Positions 1 through 9,937 of a stretch of DNA of 60,531 bases are shown here, in pieces; position 1 is the stretch's first letter; each line of letters opens with the position of its first letter. The DNA lies in NCBI GenBank assembly GCA_902515155.1, contig CABXTT010000004.1, positions 1 through 60,531 on the forward strand. Reading direction: 5' to 3'. Source of the DNA: an uncultured SAR86 cluster bacterium. Lineage in GTDB: Bacteria; Pseudomonadota; Gammaproteobacteria; Magnimaribacterales; D2472. The notes beneath the pieces are model-generated. The model saw only the letters and a list, made by a program, of their open reading frames with translations. It ran no database searches and had not been told where the DNA came from. A program made the position numbers and the translations under genes.

Positions 1-796
1 TTATTCCGACTATTGATGCTACAAGACCTATCGAGGCAAGTAATAAAGGCAGCATCATCATATCTGTCGAGCCAAGCGTGTAGGCAATTGCAATAGATGC
101 AATCATAGAGCCACAATATGATTCAAAAATATCAGAACCCATCCCAGCTACATCGCCAACATTATCACCGACATTATCTGCTATAACTCCAGGATTTCTT
201 GGGTCATCTTCAGGTATTCCTGCTTCGATTTTTCCAACCAAATCTGCACCAACGTCAGCACTTTTTGTAAAAATACCTCCACCAACTCTTGAAAATAAGG
301 CAACAACGGACGCACCCATTCCAAAGCCTTCAAGTGCATGGACGTGACCTTCATTAAAAAAATAAAATAAGGTTCCAAGACCAATTAAGCCCAAAGATGC
401 AACACATAGTCCCATTACAGAACCGCCATAAAAAGATACAGATAAAGCAGCTGCTGCTCCATCTTGTTGGGCAGCAGTAGCAGTTCTAACATTAGCTTTA
501 GTTGCAGCATACATGCCTATAAAACCAGCTAGGGATGAACAAGCTGCACCTGAAATGACTGCTATTGCTGAATGCATTCCAAGAGCAATCCAAACTAGGA
601 CTACTAAAACAGCAATGAAGACTAGTAAATATTTATACTCTGTTTTCATAAAAGCTAATGCGCCTTTATGAATCTGATCTCCAATTTTTTTAACTTTGTC
701 CTGACCATCAGGATATTTCATAACAAGTTTATAAACTACTAAGGCAGCGATCATACCAATCAAGCCTAGAATTGGTGGAAGAAGTAAAATATTCAT
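1..796 (-). CDS. hppA: Membrane-integral Na+/H+-translocating pyrophosphatase (5' part; runs off the window start)
   Basis: Not in the ORF track. Manual translation from ATG at 796 gives MNILLLPPILGLIGMIAALVVYKLVMKYPDG..., with signature GGIFTKSADVGADLVGKIEAGIPEDDPRNPGVIADNVGDNVGD; AAGGGG RBS upstream. Confidence 0.95.
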   Translation of the reverse strand, partial: MNILLLPPILGLIGMIAALVVYKLVMKYPDGQDKVKKIGDQIHKGALAFMKTEYKYLLVFIAVLVVLVWIALGMHSAIAVISGAACSSLAGFIGMYAATKANVRTATAAQQDGAAAALSVSFYGGSVMGLCVASLGLIGLGTLFYFFNEGHVHALEGFGMGASVVALFSRVGGGIFTKSADVGADLVGKIEAGIPEDDPRNPGVIADNVGDNVGDVAGMGSDIFESYCGSMIASIAIAYTLGSTDMMMLPLLLASIGLVASIVGI

Positions 797-863
797 ATAT
801 GAATCCCCTTTTTTTAATGTTGCATTCTAGCAAATAATTATAATAAAGATGTATTTTTATTAT

Positions 864-2114
864 CTATTTATTAAATAAGTTTTTATCTAAAAGACCTTCG
901 GAATTGGCAACAATGCAAGCTACTGCTGCATCTCCTGTGACATTAACAGATGTTCTTAACATATCTAAAATTCTATCTACAGCAAGAATGATGCCTATAG
1001 CCTCAAGTGGCAAACCAAACTGTTGAAGAATAATAACTAATGTAATGGTACCAGCAGATGGCACTGCTGCCGTTCCAATTGATGTTACAACTGCAAGAAT
1101 AACTACTTGTATATATTGAAAAAATGTTAGGTCAATTCCTGACATTTGTGCAATAAATATTGTTGCCATGCCCTGCATAATTGCAGTTCCGTCCATATTA
1201 ATTGTTGCGCCAACTGGAACCACAAAAGATGAAACATTTTTATTAACACCTAAGTCATCTTGAACTGTTTTAAGGGTAACTGGGATTGTTGCTGCACTTG
1301 ATGAGGTTGAGAAAGCAAAAATTGCAACGTCTTTCATCTTCCCAAAAAATGTAAAGATATTTAAGTTTGTAAATATCTTTAAAATAAATGAATAAGTTAT
1401 GAAAGCATGAATTACCAATACCAATATAAGTAATAGAACGTATTTAAATGCTTCTTGAAATATATCTAAGCCATCTGTTATTACAAATTTACCAATCAAG
1501 CAAAATACTCCAATGGGTGCAAAAGAAATTATCATTAAAACAAGTTGCATGAAAACAGTATTAAACTTTTCAAAAGACTCACTAAAGTTATTTGTAAGAT
1601 GATTTGTCTTATTTAGTGCAAGACCAAATAAAATGCTAAAAAAAACAACAGCTAACATTTGATTATTAGCCATTGCCTCGATGATATTAGATGGGAAAAT
1701 ATCTAAGATTGTTTCGTATATACCTTGTCCTTGAGGAAGATTTTCAGGCGGCGCTATGTTCGAAGAATAACCAGAGCCAGGCTTAAATATTGAGCCAATA
1801 ATTAATGATAGGCTTACAGCAATAGCAGTGGTGCCTAAATATAATCCTATTGTCTTGAATGTTATATTGCCCAAACTTTTCATACTCGTTAGAGATGAGA
1901 TTCCAGATACAAGAGAGAAAAACACTAACGGAACTATTAATAATTTAAGTAAATTAATGAAAATTGCGCTGCCCAAATTAAAGACATACTTAGTTAAAAA
2001 GTCTGTGAGATTATCTGGAAAAACATTGACGTAAAAGAATAAGGCTCCAGTTAAGAATCCAAACAACATTCCAAGTAATATATTCCTAGTTAGATTTTTT
2101 GGAGTTTCAAGCAT
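864..2114 (-). CDS. Dicarboxylate/amino acid:cation symporter (DAACS, GltP-like)
   Basis: Motifs FSTSSSAATIP, GATINMDGTA and AVDRILDMLRTSVNVTGD. Confidence 0.95.
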   Translation of the reverse strand: MLETPKNLTRNILLGMLFGFLTGALFFYVNVFPDNLTDFLTKYVFNLGSAIFINLLKLLIVPLVFFSLVSGISSLTSMKSLGNITFKTIGLYLGTTAIAVSLSLIIGSIFKPGSGYSSNIAPPENLPQGQGIYETILDIFPSNIIEAMANNQMLAVVFFSILFGLALNKTNHLTNNFSESFEKFNTVFMQLVLMIISFAPIGVFCLIGKFVITDGLDIFQEAFKYVLLLILVLVIHAFITYSFILKIFTNLNIFTFFGKMKDVAIFAFSTSSSAATIPVTLKTVQDDLGVNKNVSSFVVPVGATINMDGTAIMQGMATIFIAQMSGIDLTFFQYIQVVILAVVTSIGTAAVPSAGTITLVIILQQFGLPLEAIGIILAVDRILDMLRTSVNVTGDAAVACIVANSEGLLDKNLFNK

Positions 2115-2284
2115 TATATTTCTATCATATCAAAATCTTCTTTACCTACTCCACATTCTGGACACAGCCAGTCATCAGGAACATCATCCCATCTAGTTCC
2201 AGGCGCAATACCATCTTCAGGCCAGCCTAAAGCCTCATCGTAAATAAGTCCACAGACTATGCATTCCCATTTCTTTAATTCCAT
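2114..2284 (-). CDS. rubA: Rubredoxin (56 aa)
   Basis: Below the ORF-track cutoff. Manual translation [56 protein letters not shown] with two CxxCG motifs; stop overlaps the symporter start (TAATG). Confidence 0.97.
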   Translation of the reverse strand: MELKKWECIVCGLIYDEALGWPEDGIAPGTRWDDVPDDWLCPECGVGKEDFDMIEI

Positions 2285-2349
2285 AAGTTTTTATTGTGAA
2301 TGTTAATAAAAAGTTCAGAGTATAATATCAGATTTAAAACGCATGCCTA

Positions 2350-2844
2350 ATGAAGCTTGAACAAAATTCACCCTGGGATACCTTTGAGGCAATTGAACCT
2401 CTTATTAACAGTGATGAAATAAAATCATGGCTTCTTGAAAAAGGTCCAATAACTAAAAGAATTAAAGCAATAGGAACATTCAAACTTGAATTAATTCAGG
2501 ATAAGGTTTCTGAAGTTGAAAAATCAGAAATATTATTTCTAAATTCAATTAAAGGAAAATTCCGAGTAAGAGAAGTTAAATTATTTTGTAATGATGAGCC
2601 AAAAGTCTTTGCAAGAACAATAATCCCAGTTATAACAATAGAAGATGGTTTTAGTGGCCTTGGAAAAATTGGCAAGAAGCCACTTGGAGATATTTTATTT
2701 GAAAAGAAGATTTTTACCAAAGAGGAAGTGGTTTTTGCTTCCTTTAAATATGAAGAATATTTATTTTGGGGAAGAAATACAAAATATAAAGTAAAAGGAT
2801 ATCCTTTTTCAGTAATGGAACTTTTTTTAATTAATGATTATTAA
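2350..2844 (+). CDS. ubiC: Chorismate pyruvate-lyase
   Basis: WLLEKGPIT, REVKL, VFARTIIP, KPLGDILF and VMELFL motifs; directly upstream of ubiA. Confidence 0.9.
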   Translation: MKLEQNSPWDTFEAIEPLINSDEIKSWLLEKGPITKRIKAIGTFKLELIQDKVSEVEKSEILFLNSIKGKFRVREVKLFCNDEPKVFARTIIPVITIEDGFSGLGKIGKKPLGDILFEKKIFTKEEVVFASFKYEEYLFWGRNTKYKVKGYPFSVMELFLINDY

Positions 2845-3688
2845 GATAAAAAATTTTTATAAGTTAGCAAGATTAGATAAACCAATAGGTATATATCTTC
2901 TTCTGTGGCCATCTCTGTTAGGGCTTTTGTTGGGAGGTGTTCATGCAGGATCAATAGATATCATGAATTATCTTATTGTGATAATAGGCTCTATTCTCGT
3001 TAGGTCATGTGGTTGCGTAATTAATGATATTAGTGATTATAAATTTGATAAATATGTAAAAAGAACTGCGGAAAGACCTCTTGCTACAGGAGAAATAACG
3101 CTAAAAGAAGCTTGGTCATTTTTTATTATCTTAAGTTGTCTATCTTTAGCTTTATTATTAACTACTTCGATACTAACGATCAAAATTGCTCTTTTCTTTG
3201 CATTTTTAATAGTTATTTACCCTTTAACAAAAAGATTCTTCCTAGCTCCACAATTTATATTAGGCATAACCTTTGGCTCAGGTGCGATTATTTCTTACTC
3301 TCTTCAAGCAGACGTTTTTTCTTTGTCTTTATTAATTCTATATATTGCAGTAATTATTTGGGTGATTAGTTTCGATACTGTATATGCTTTGGAAGATCTA
3401 GAAGATGATAAAAAAATTGGAATATACTCAACACCCATTTTATGGGGTGATAGCACAATTTTAATTTCTAGATCTCTTCACTGTGTTTTTTATGTTTTGC
3501 TAGGAATAATTGCTATTGTTAATAATTTTTCTATGTATTTTATATTTACTATGCTTATTCTCATTTATTTTCATTACGAACAAGTAAAATTAATTGATAA
3601 AAAAAATTATTTAGACGCTTTTAAATACAATAGCAAAATAGGTTTTATTGCTTTTGTTGGTTTTGCTGTAGAAATATTAATACTGTAA
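2834..3688 (+). CDS. ubiA: 4-hydroxybenzoate polyprenyltransferase
   Basis: RLDKPIGIYLLLWP, GCVINDISDYKFD, RPLATG and DTVYALEDLEDD. Confidence 0.95.
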   Translation: MIIKIKNFYKLARLDKPIGIYLLLWPSLLGLLLGGVHAGSIDIMNYLIVIIGSILVRSCGCVINDISDYKFDKYVKRTAERPLATGEITLKEAWSFFIILSCLSLALLLTTSILTIKIALFFAFLIVIYPLTKRFFLAPQFILGITFGSGAIISYSLQADVFSLSLLILYIAVIIWVISFDTVYALEDLEDDKKIGIYSTPILWGDSTILISRSLHCVFYVLLGIIAIVNNFSMYFIFTMLILIYFHYEQVKLIDKKNYLDAFKYNSKIGFIAFVGFAVEILIL

Positions 3689-3701
3689 GTTCTTAGGCTA
3701 A

Positions 3702-4841
3702 ATGGAAATCAAAAGTAAATTTTTAAAAAATCTTTCAGAATTACCTAAGCAGGATTATAACGATATTCTTAAAAAGGATGATTCGCCATTTATAACTTTT
3801 GATTTTCTTGATGCTTTAGAAAAAAGTAATTCTGTTGGTTCTTTTTCTGGATGGGAATCTAATCATTTAGGGATATTTAATAAAAATAAGTTATCTGGAT
3901 TCATGCCCTTGTATTTAAAAAATAATAGTCATGGGGAATTTATTTTTGATCATCAGTGGTCTTATGCACTGCAAAGAGCCGGAAGAAATTACTATCCAAA
4001 ATTATTGACTGCAATTCCATTTACACCATGTGAAACTAGAAAATGTATTACTGAAGGGTTGTCTAATAGTGATTTAATTAATGCAGGCAAAGACCTAATG
4101 ACAGAAAAAAATATAGAAACTTGGCATGTTCTTTTTCCAGATACTGAACTACAAAGTGATTTGAAAAATAATAACTTTATTGAGAGAAGCGGTTATAGAT
4201 TTGTATGGAATAACAAAGACTATAAAGACTTTGAAGACTTTCTTAATATTTTTACTTCAAAACAGAGAAAAAATATAAGAGCTGAAAGAAAGAAAATCTC
4301 TAAACTTGATATCACATTTGATATAAAAGATAAAAGTAATCTATCTCAAGAAGATTGGGACATTTTCTATAAATTCTATGTGAATACATACGCCGAAAGG
4401 ATGCAAGCACCCTATTTAAATCAGGAATTTTTTAAATTAGTTCACAAGAGCAGAGAAGTTCTAAACCCAGTCATTTTTTTTGCTGTTCGTAATGATGAAA
4501 TTATTGCAGGATCTTTATGTTTTGAAGGATCGGATACACTTTTTGGAAGGCACTGGGGTGCCTCTGAAAATATTGATAGCTTACATTTTGAGTGCTGCTT
4601 CTACCAAGGCATTGAATACTGTATTAAAAATAACATCAAATTTTTTGATCCAGGCGTTCAAGGAGAGCATAAAATTAGAAGAGGATTTGAGCCTAGAGAA
4701 TCCAGTTCTTTTCATTTTATCCTTCAAAAAGACTTCAGAGAGGCAATACAAAAATTTTGTATTGAAGAAACTAAGTCTGTTAAAAGGTATTTAGTTGCGT
4801 GTCAGGAATATACACCAATTAAAAAAATCTATAGAATTTAA
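3702..4841 (+). CDS. GNAT/FemAB-like N-acyltransferase (DUF482/COG3146 type)
   Basis: SHGEFIFDHQW, YYPKLLTAIPFTP, LHFECCFYQGIEYCI and GVQGEHKIRRGF. Confidence 0.85.
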   Translation: MEIKSKFLKNLSELPKQDYNDILKKDDSPFITFDFLDALEKSNSVGSFSGWESNHLGIFNKNKLSGFMPLYLKNNSHGEFIFDHQWSYALQRAGRNYYPKLLTAIPFTPCETRKCITEGLSNSDLINAGKDLMTEKNIETWHVLFPDTELQSDLKNNNFIERSGYRFVWNNKDYKDFEDFLNIFTSKQRKNIRAERKKISKLDITFDIKDKSNLSQEDWDIFYKFYVNTYAERMQAPYLNQEFFKLVHKSREVLNPVIFFAVRNDEIIAGSLCFEGSDTLFGRHWGASENIDSLHFECCFYQGIEYCIKNNIKFFDPGVQGEHKIRRGFEPRESSSFHFILQKDFREAIQKFCIEETKSVKRYLVACQEYTPIKKIYRI

Positions 4842-4843
4842 TA

Positions 4844-5290
4844 ATGCTTAAAACGCTTCCAATTACCTCTCATCACCTAGCAATTTGTGAAAGTAACTTT
4901 TTAAGACTTTCTAAGTTATTGAAATCTTTTTCTATGAAAAAGTACTTTTTTGAAACAATAAATCCTGATTCCAGCAATCAACAAATCAGTTTCTTAGTAT
5001 TAAGCAAAACTCAACATACTGTTGTTATTGAGGCAAAGCAAATAACATCGAATGAGATTAAACTGAATGAATTTGTATTAAGGATTCAAATTAGTCTTGA
5101 TGCTAAATTAGCTGAAGTAACATCCTATCAAGGTGAAAAACCAATTCCTTTTTTTATACATAAATCAGTAATCCAATCTTGGGATGAAAAAAAACAACAA
5201 AACAGATTTCTTACAGAATGGTTAGAAAGTATATTTTTATCTGGGATATCTTCAAAAGATAATATTAAAAATATTATCAACAATGAATAA
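4844..5290 (+). CDS. DUF1249 (YqiB-like) protein
   Basis: CESNFLRL N-terminus, DAKLAEV and DEKKQQNRFLTEWL; adjacent to yqiA. Confidence 0.75.
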   Translation: MLKTLPITSHHLAICESNFLRLSKLLKSFSMKKYFFETINPDSSNQQISFLVLSKTQHTVVIEAKQITSNEIKLNEFVLRIQISLDAKLAEVTSYQGEKPIPFFIHKSVIQSWDEKKQQNRFLTEWLESIFLSGISSKDNIKNIINNE

Positions 5291-5858
5291 TACTATTCTA
5301 TATTTTCATGGCTTTAAATCCTCCTCGGATTCTACAAAAGCTAAAGATTTGCATAAATTTATCTCAAGACGAACAAGAAATACAATTCTAATAACGCCTA
5401 ATATTCATGACAATTTTCATGATGCTCATGATCAAATAATTAATTTGATAGAGTCAAATCAACCAAATATTTTTTTTATGGGCAGTTCGTTAGGTGGGTA
5501 TTATGCCTCTTTTTTTTCTCAAAAATACAATAAGAAAGCAGTTTTAATTAATCCTGCGATTCCTCCTTTAAAAGATTTTGAGATGCATTTAGGAAAAAAT
5601 AAAAATTATTCTAATGGAAATAAATTCATAATCACAAAAAATGATATAGATTATATTAGATCACTTAGTTACAAAAAAATACTGAAACCAAAAAATCTAA
5701 TGATTTTGCTCGAATCTGGAGATGAAATTCTTAACTATAACGATACATCCTCATATTTTTCTGGGTCTCATATTGATATTTTATATGGGGGAGATCACTC
5801 TTATTCATCATTTAAGGAAAAATTTAACAAAATACAAGATTTTTTAAAAATTACGTAA
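5283..5858 (+). CDS. yqiA: YqiA/YcfP alpha/beta esterase
   Basis: LYFHGFKSS, GSSLGGYYA, LINPA, GDEILNY and GGDHS. Confidence 0.9.
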   Translation: MNNTILYFHGFKSSSDSTKAKDLHKFISRRTRNTILITPNIHDNFHDAHDQIINLIESNQPNIFFMGSSLGGYYASFFSQKYNKKAVLINPAIPPLKDFEMHLGKNKNYSNGNKFIITKNDIDYIRSLSYKKILKPKNLMILLESGDEILNYNDTSSYFSGSHIDILYGGDHSYSSFKEKFNKIQDFLKIT

Positions 5859-5859
5859 T

Positions 5860-5906
5860 TGCATTATTTTGATGCAAAAATATGACTTTTGCACGTATAT
5901 AATGCA
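5860..5906 (+). promoter_or_regulatory. Two tandem NtrC binding sites (enhancer)
   Basis: TGCATTATTTTGATGCA (5860-5876) and TGCACGTATATAATGCA (5890-5906): 17-bp TGCA-N9-TGCA palindromes matching the NtrC consensus, 30 bp apart. Confidence 0.85.
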
Positions 5907-5945
5907 TAATAAGTTCAGTTTAAGTGCATAAAAAGCTTTTTTATA

Positions 5946-5961
5946 TGGCATTTAAATTGCA
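5946..5961 (+). promoter_or_regulatory. Sigma54 (-24/-12) promoter of the glutamine synthetase gene
   Basis: TGGCATTTAAATTGCA with exact GG-N10-GC spacing; downstream of NtrC sites and upstream of RBS AGGAGA and ATG 5998. Confidence 0.9.
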
Positions 5962-5997
5962 TCATATTCATTGCTAAAAACAAATTTAGGAGAAATA

Positions 5998-6978
5998 ATG
6001 GCAGACTATAAAACTTATGAATATATATGGCTAGATGGCTATCAACCTGAGCCTTCAATGAGAAGTAAAGTTAAGGCAACTAGTGCAGACACACCACCAG
6101 ATTGGTCTTTTGATGGATCATCAACTCAACAGGCTGAAGGTGGAAGCTCGGATTGTCTCTTAATACCAGTTCAAACATATTCTAATAGTAATGGACATGA
6201 TTTAGTTATGACACAAGTTCAGTCAGCTGATCATACAACCCATCCTTCAAACAATCGTGCAGCTGCTGAGGCCGTTGTAACTGATGAGTGGTGGTTTGGT
6301 TTTGAACAAGAATTCTTTTTTACAGATCCTCAAACTGGTGAGCCTTTAGGTTGGGAAGATGGCGAGCCAAGAGAACAAGGCGAATATTATTGCGGAGTTG
6401 GTGCAGGTAACGTTGTTGGCAGAGAAATATCAGATGTTCATCTTGCTGCGTGTCTAGATATGGGAATTAAGCTTACTGGAACAAATGCAGAAGTTGCTTT
6501 AGGTCAATGGGAATATCAATGTTTTGGTGAAGGTATCAAAGCAGCTGACGACCTATGGGTAAGTAGATACATGCTATACAAAATCGCTGAAGAATTTGGC
6601 GTTGGAGTGAATATTCATCCGAAACCTAAAACTGGAGATTGGAATGGCTCTGGTATGCACTGTAATTTTTCAAATGAAGCGATGAGAACTGCTGGCTCTG
6701 AAGAATTATTCAATTCAATGTGCGATAAGTTAGGAGAAGTGCATGAAGAAGGTATTGCTTCCTATGGCTCTGATAATGATATGAGATTAACCGGACTTCA
6801 TGAAACACAAAGTATCGACCAATTCTCATACGGAGTTAGTGATCGTGGAGCAAGTATAAGAATACCAGTCTATACGGTTGAACATAATTGGAATGGTTAC
6901 CTTGAAGATAGAAGACCTGCTTCAAATGCAGATCCATACAAAATTCTATCCCACATTGTTGGAACACTATCAAAATAA
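5998..6978 (+). CDS. glnII: Glutamine synthetase type II (326 aa)
   Basis: EYIWLDG, WSFDGSSTQQAEG, WFGFEQE, YYCGVG, NAEVALGQWEYQ, HPKPKTGDWNGSGMH, RLTGLHET and GYLEDRRPASNADPY; lacks the GSI C-terminal adenylylation region; start set at the ATG after AGGAGA. Confidence 0.93.
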   Translation: MADYKTYEYIWLDGYQPEPSMRSKVKATSADTPPDWSFDGSSTQQAEGGSSDCLLIPVQTYSNSNGHDLVMTQVQSADHTTHPSNNRAAAEAVVTDEWWFGFEQEFFFTDPQTGEPLGWEDGEPREQGEYYCGVGAGNVVGREISDVHLAACLDMGIKLTGTNAEVALGQWEYQCFGEGIKAADDLWVSRYMLYKIAEEFGVGVNIHPKPKTGDWNGSGMHCNFSNEAMRTAGSEELFNSMCDKLGEVHEEGIASYGSDNDMRLTGLHETQSIDQFSYGVSDRGASIRIPVYTVEHNWNGYLEDRRPASNADPYKILSHIVGTLSK

Positions 6979-6990
6979 CTCCTCTATTTT

Positions 6991-7023
6991 ACCGACTCCC
7001 TAAAAAGGGAGTCGGTTTTTTTT
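6991..7023 (+). terminator. Rho-independent terminator between glnII and ntrB
   Basis: ACCGACTCCCT-AAAA-AGGGAGTCGGT perfect 11-bp stem followed by a T run. Confidence 0.92.
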
Positions 7024-7024
7024 A

Positions 7025-8107
7025 ATGGCTAATTTAGAAGGACTACATACCTCTCTGCTTAATCAGCTTACATCTGAAATTATTGTATTAAATACAAAAT
7101 TTAATATCATTTGGTTAAATGATTCTGCTAAAGCAAATGGATGGATAAAGGTAAAGGGTGAAGATACTCCTTTAACAAATCAATTTTCAAAAGAAACAAA
7201 TAATGAATTAATAAAACTACTAGAAAATACTATTCATTCTGAAGTATCAAAAACAAAAAGAGATTTTAAACTTTTTAAACCTAATGAAAAAAGTAGAATG
7301 GTAGATCTGACGGTAAGTTGGTCACAGTCAGATAATTTTTTAATTATTGAGCTTTTATGCACTGACAATCTTAATAAAATTATTGATTCTTCTAAAACTT
7401 TTTCTACACAAAAAATCGCAGCTAATCTTGCCAGAACTCTTGCACACGAAGTTAAAAATCCTCTTTCAGGTATTAAAGGAAGTGCTCAAATTCTCTCATC
7501 AAAGTTAAAAGATGATTTTTCAAATAAATTCTTAAAAATAATTACAGATGAAACAGAGAGATTGAATCAAATCGTAACCAAAATTTTAACTCCGCCTACT
7601 AAAACTAGTCTTGAATTATTTAATATTCACTCTGCCTTAGAAAAAGTGTTTGCTTTAACAGAGGCTGATGAAAATACTAGTTTAAGAATATATAGAGATT
7701 ATGATCCTAGCATTCCTGAATTAAATGGTGATGAAAATTTATTCATACAAGCTGTACTTAATATAGTTAAAAATGCACAGCAAGCCCTAGCAGAAACTCA
7801 AGACGCAAAAATAGTAATTAAATCAAGGATTAGATACGGTCAACCCATAAACGGAGTTGTTCATTCAACATTGTGTGTTATTGATATTATAGATAACGGC
7901 CCTGGAATTCCTGAAGATATTCATGATCAAGTATTCTTTCCAATGGTTTCAAGCAAAGAGGAAGGTTCTGGATTAGGGCTTTCAATATCACAAGATATCA
8001 TTAGAGTGCATGGTGGGTCTATAGACTTTACGTCTGATCACACTGGTACGGTTTTTTCGATTTTAATGCCTCTCAAATTAGAAGATATTCAGGCTCAAAG
8101 TGCATAA
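7025..8107 (+). CDS. ntrB: Nitrogen regulation sensor kinase NtrB
   Basis: LAHEVKNPLSGIKGSAQIL H-box, RDYDPSIP, DNGPGIP, FFPMVS and GSGLGL. Confidence 0.93.
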   Translation: MANLEGLHTSLLNQLTSEIIVLNTKFNIIWLNDSAKANGWIKVKGEDTPLTNQFSKETNNELIKLLENTIHSEVSKTKRDFKLFKPNEKSRMVDLTVSWSQSDNFLIIELLCTDNLNKIIDSSKTFSTQKIAANLARTLAHEVKNPLSGIKGSAQILSSKLKDDFSNKFLKIITDETERLNQIVTKILTPPTKTSLELFNIHSALEKVFALTEADENTSLRIYRDYDPSIPELNGDENLFIQAVLNIVKNAQQALAETQDAKIVIKSRIRYGQPINGVVHSTLCVIDIIDNGPGIPEDIHDQVFFPMVSSKEEGSGLGLSISQDIIRVHGGSIDFTSDHTGTVFSILMPLKLEDIQAQSA

Positions 8108-9482
8108 AATCTGGGTAGCTGATGACGATAATGCTATAAGGGTTGTCCTTGAGGAGAGTCTTTCAAGCTCTGGGTTTGATATCACAACATTCTCTTCAGG
8201 TGATGACCTTGTGGAGAGACTAAAAACAGAACAGCCTGACTTAATTTTAACTGATGTTCAAATGCCTGGCATGCTTGGTTACGATTTACTCAAACATATT
8301 AATAATAATTTTGATCACATTCCTGTGATTATTATGACTGCCTTTACAGACATGCAAGCAGCTGTTGATTCCTATGGTGGTGGTGCTTTTGAATATATCC
8401 CAAAACCGTTCGACTTAGATGAGGCGACAGAGATTATAAATAGAGCGCTTGAAGAGAAACCAAAAACAAAAGGCCTCAAGAAAAAAGCTCAAACAGATAT
8501 AATTGGTGAAGCACCTTCAATGCAATTAGTATTTAGAGCTATTGGTAAACTTTCAAATACTAATGCAACGGTATTAGTGCAAGGCGAGTCAGGTTCTGGA
8601 AAAGAGTTAATAGCTAAGTCTCTTCATACTAATAGTCCTCGAAGCGATATGCCTTTTATTGCTTTAAATATGGCTGACATACCCAAAGAACTTGTTGAAT
8701 CTGAGCTGTTTGGACATGAGAAAGGCGCTTTTACTGGAGCTGTTGATAGAAGAATAGGTAGATTTGAGCAGGCTAATGGTGGAACATTGTTTCTTGATGA
8801 AATTGGCGATATGCCCCTTGAATCACAAACAAGACTATTAAGAGTCTTATCAAACAAAGAATTTTATAGAGTTGGTGGTGATAAGCCTATAAAGGTTGAT
8901 GTAAGAATTCTTGCGGCAACACATCAAAATCTTCATAATTTAGTTTCTCAAACTAAATTCAGGGAAGATCTTTTCTATAGGCTGAATGTAATAAAAATTG
9001 AAGTCCCATCTCTTCGCGATAGGAAGGAAGATATATTTTTATTAGCGAAGCATTTCTTAAAAATTCATTCAGATTCCCTTGGTGAAGAATTAAGAGTTTT
9101 AACTGATGAATCTCTAAATGCACTCCATAAATATAATTGGCCTGGAAATGTTAGACAATTAGAAAATATTTGTTATTGGCTTACTTTAATGAGTCCTACT
9201 CAAAATGTAAAAGTTCAAGATCTGCCTAGTGAAATAAAAGAATATGAAATTCTAGAACCCTCTTCTACATCTTCATCATGGGAAGAAAGCTTTACAAGTT
9301 GGATTAAAAATGCAGCAGTAAATGTTGACAAAGGCTTGTTAGATATCGCAAATTCAAAACTAGAAAAAATAATCATAAAGACAGCACTAGATCAGTCTAA
9401 CGGCAAAAAAAATGAGGCAGCCGTTTTGCTTGGGTTAGGAAGAAATACTTTAGCAAAGAAGATAAAAGAACTTGGGATTTAA
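8100..9482 (+). CDS. ntrC: Nitrogen regulation response regulator NtrC (sigma54 activator)
   Basis: Receiver domain, [33 protein letters not shown] and Fis-type [12 protein letters not shown]; GTG start. Confidence 0.95.
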   Translation: MHKIWVADDDNAIRVVLEESLSSSGFDITTFSSGDDLVERLKTEQPDLILTDVQMPGMLGYDLLKHINNNFDHIPVIIMTAFTDMQAAVDSYGGGAFEYIPKPFDLDEATEIINRALEEKPKTKGLKKKAQTDIIGEAPSMQLVFRAIGKLSNTNATVLVQGESGSGKELIAKSLHTNSPRSDMPFIALNMADIPKELVESELFGHEKGAFTGAVDRRIGRFEQANGGTLFLDEIGDMPLESQTRLLRVLSNKEFYRVGGDKPIKVDVRILAATHQNLHNLVSQTKFREDLFYRLNVIKIEVPSLRDRKEDIFLLAKHFLKIHSDSLGEELRVLTDESLNALHKYNWPGNVRQLENICYWLTLMSPTQNVKVQDLPSEIKEYEILEPSSTSSSWEESFTSWIKNAAVNVDKGLLDIANSKLEKIIIKTALDQSNGKKNEAAVLLGLGRNTLAKKIKELGI

Positions 9483-9889
9483 ATTAAAGGTAAATTATCC
9501 ATCCTCCATTGTCCGATACCGCCTCTTAAAATGAGAATGTCATTAAACCCCTGCTTTTTTAGCAATTCTCCTGTATTACCAGACTGGCTTCCCATTTCAC
9601 AAACCAATATTAATGACTCTTGATCTTTCAACTTAATTTCATGAGACCTGCTTTCAATATCATTTGAAGGTATGTTTACAGAACCTGTTATGTGCCCTTT
9701 ACTAAAATCATTTGAAGGTCTTAAGTCTATGATCTTTGCCTTATCTTGATTTGATAGATTTATTAACTCTTGGGAGTTAATTTTTTTACCCCCTTTTGAT
9801 GCATTTGAAACAATTAGTAGAATGAAGACCAAAAATAGTGGTACAGAATAATAATAATGCTCGATCAGAAAAAAAATAAATTTATCCAT
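9479..9889 (-). CDS. Membrane-anchored rhodanese-like protein (YibN-like)
   Basis: N-terminal TM helix, IIDLR, GHITGSVNIP and GGIGQWRMDNLP; start reset to MDKF. Confidence 0.85.
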   Translation of the reverse strand: MDKFIFFLIEHYYYSVPLFLVFILLIVSNASKGGKKINSQELINLSNQDKAKIIDLRPSNDFSKGHITGSVNIPSNDIESRSHEIKLKDQESLILVCEMGSQSGNTGELLKKQGFNDILILRGGIGQWRMDNLPLI

Positions 9890-9937
9890 GCGCACATTAT
9901 CTATTAAAATGATGTAAATGTGGTTCAAAATATAAAA

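Noticed and set aside
181-384. 67-aa minus-strand ORF
   Set aside because: Out-of-frame shadow inside hppA
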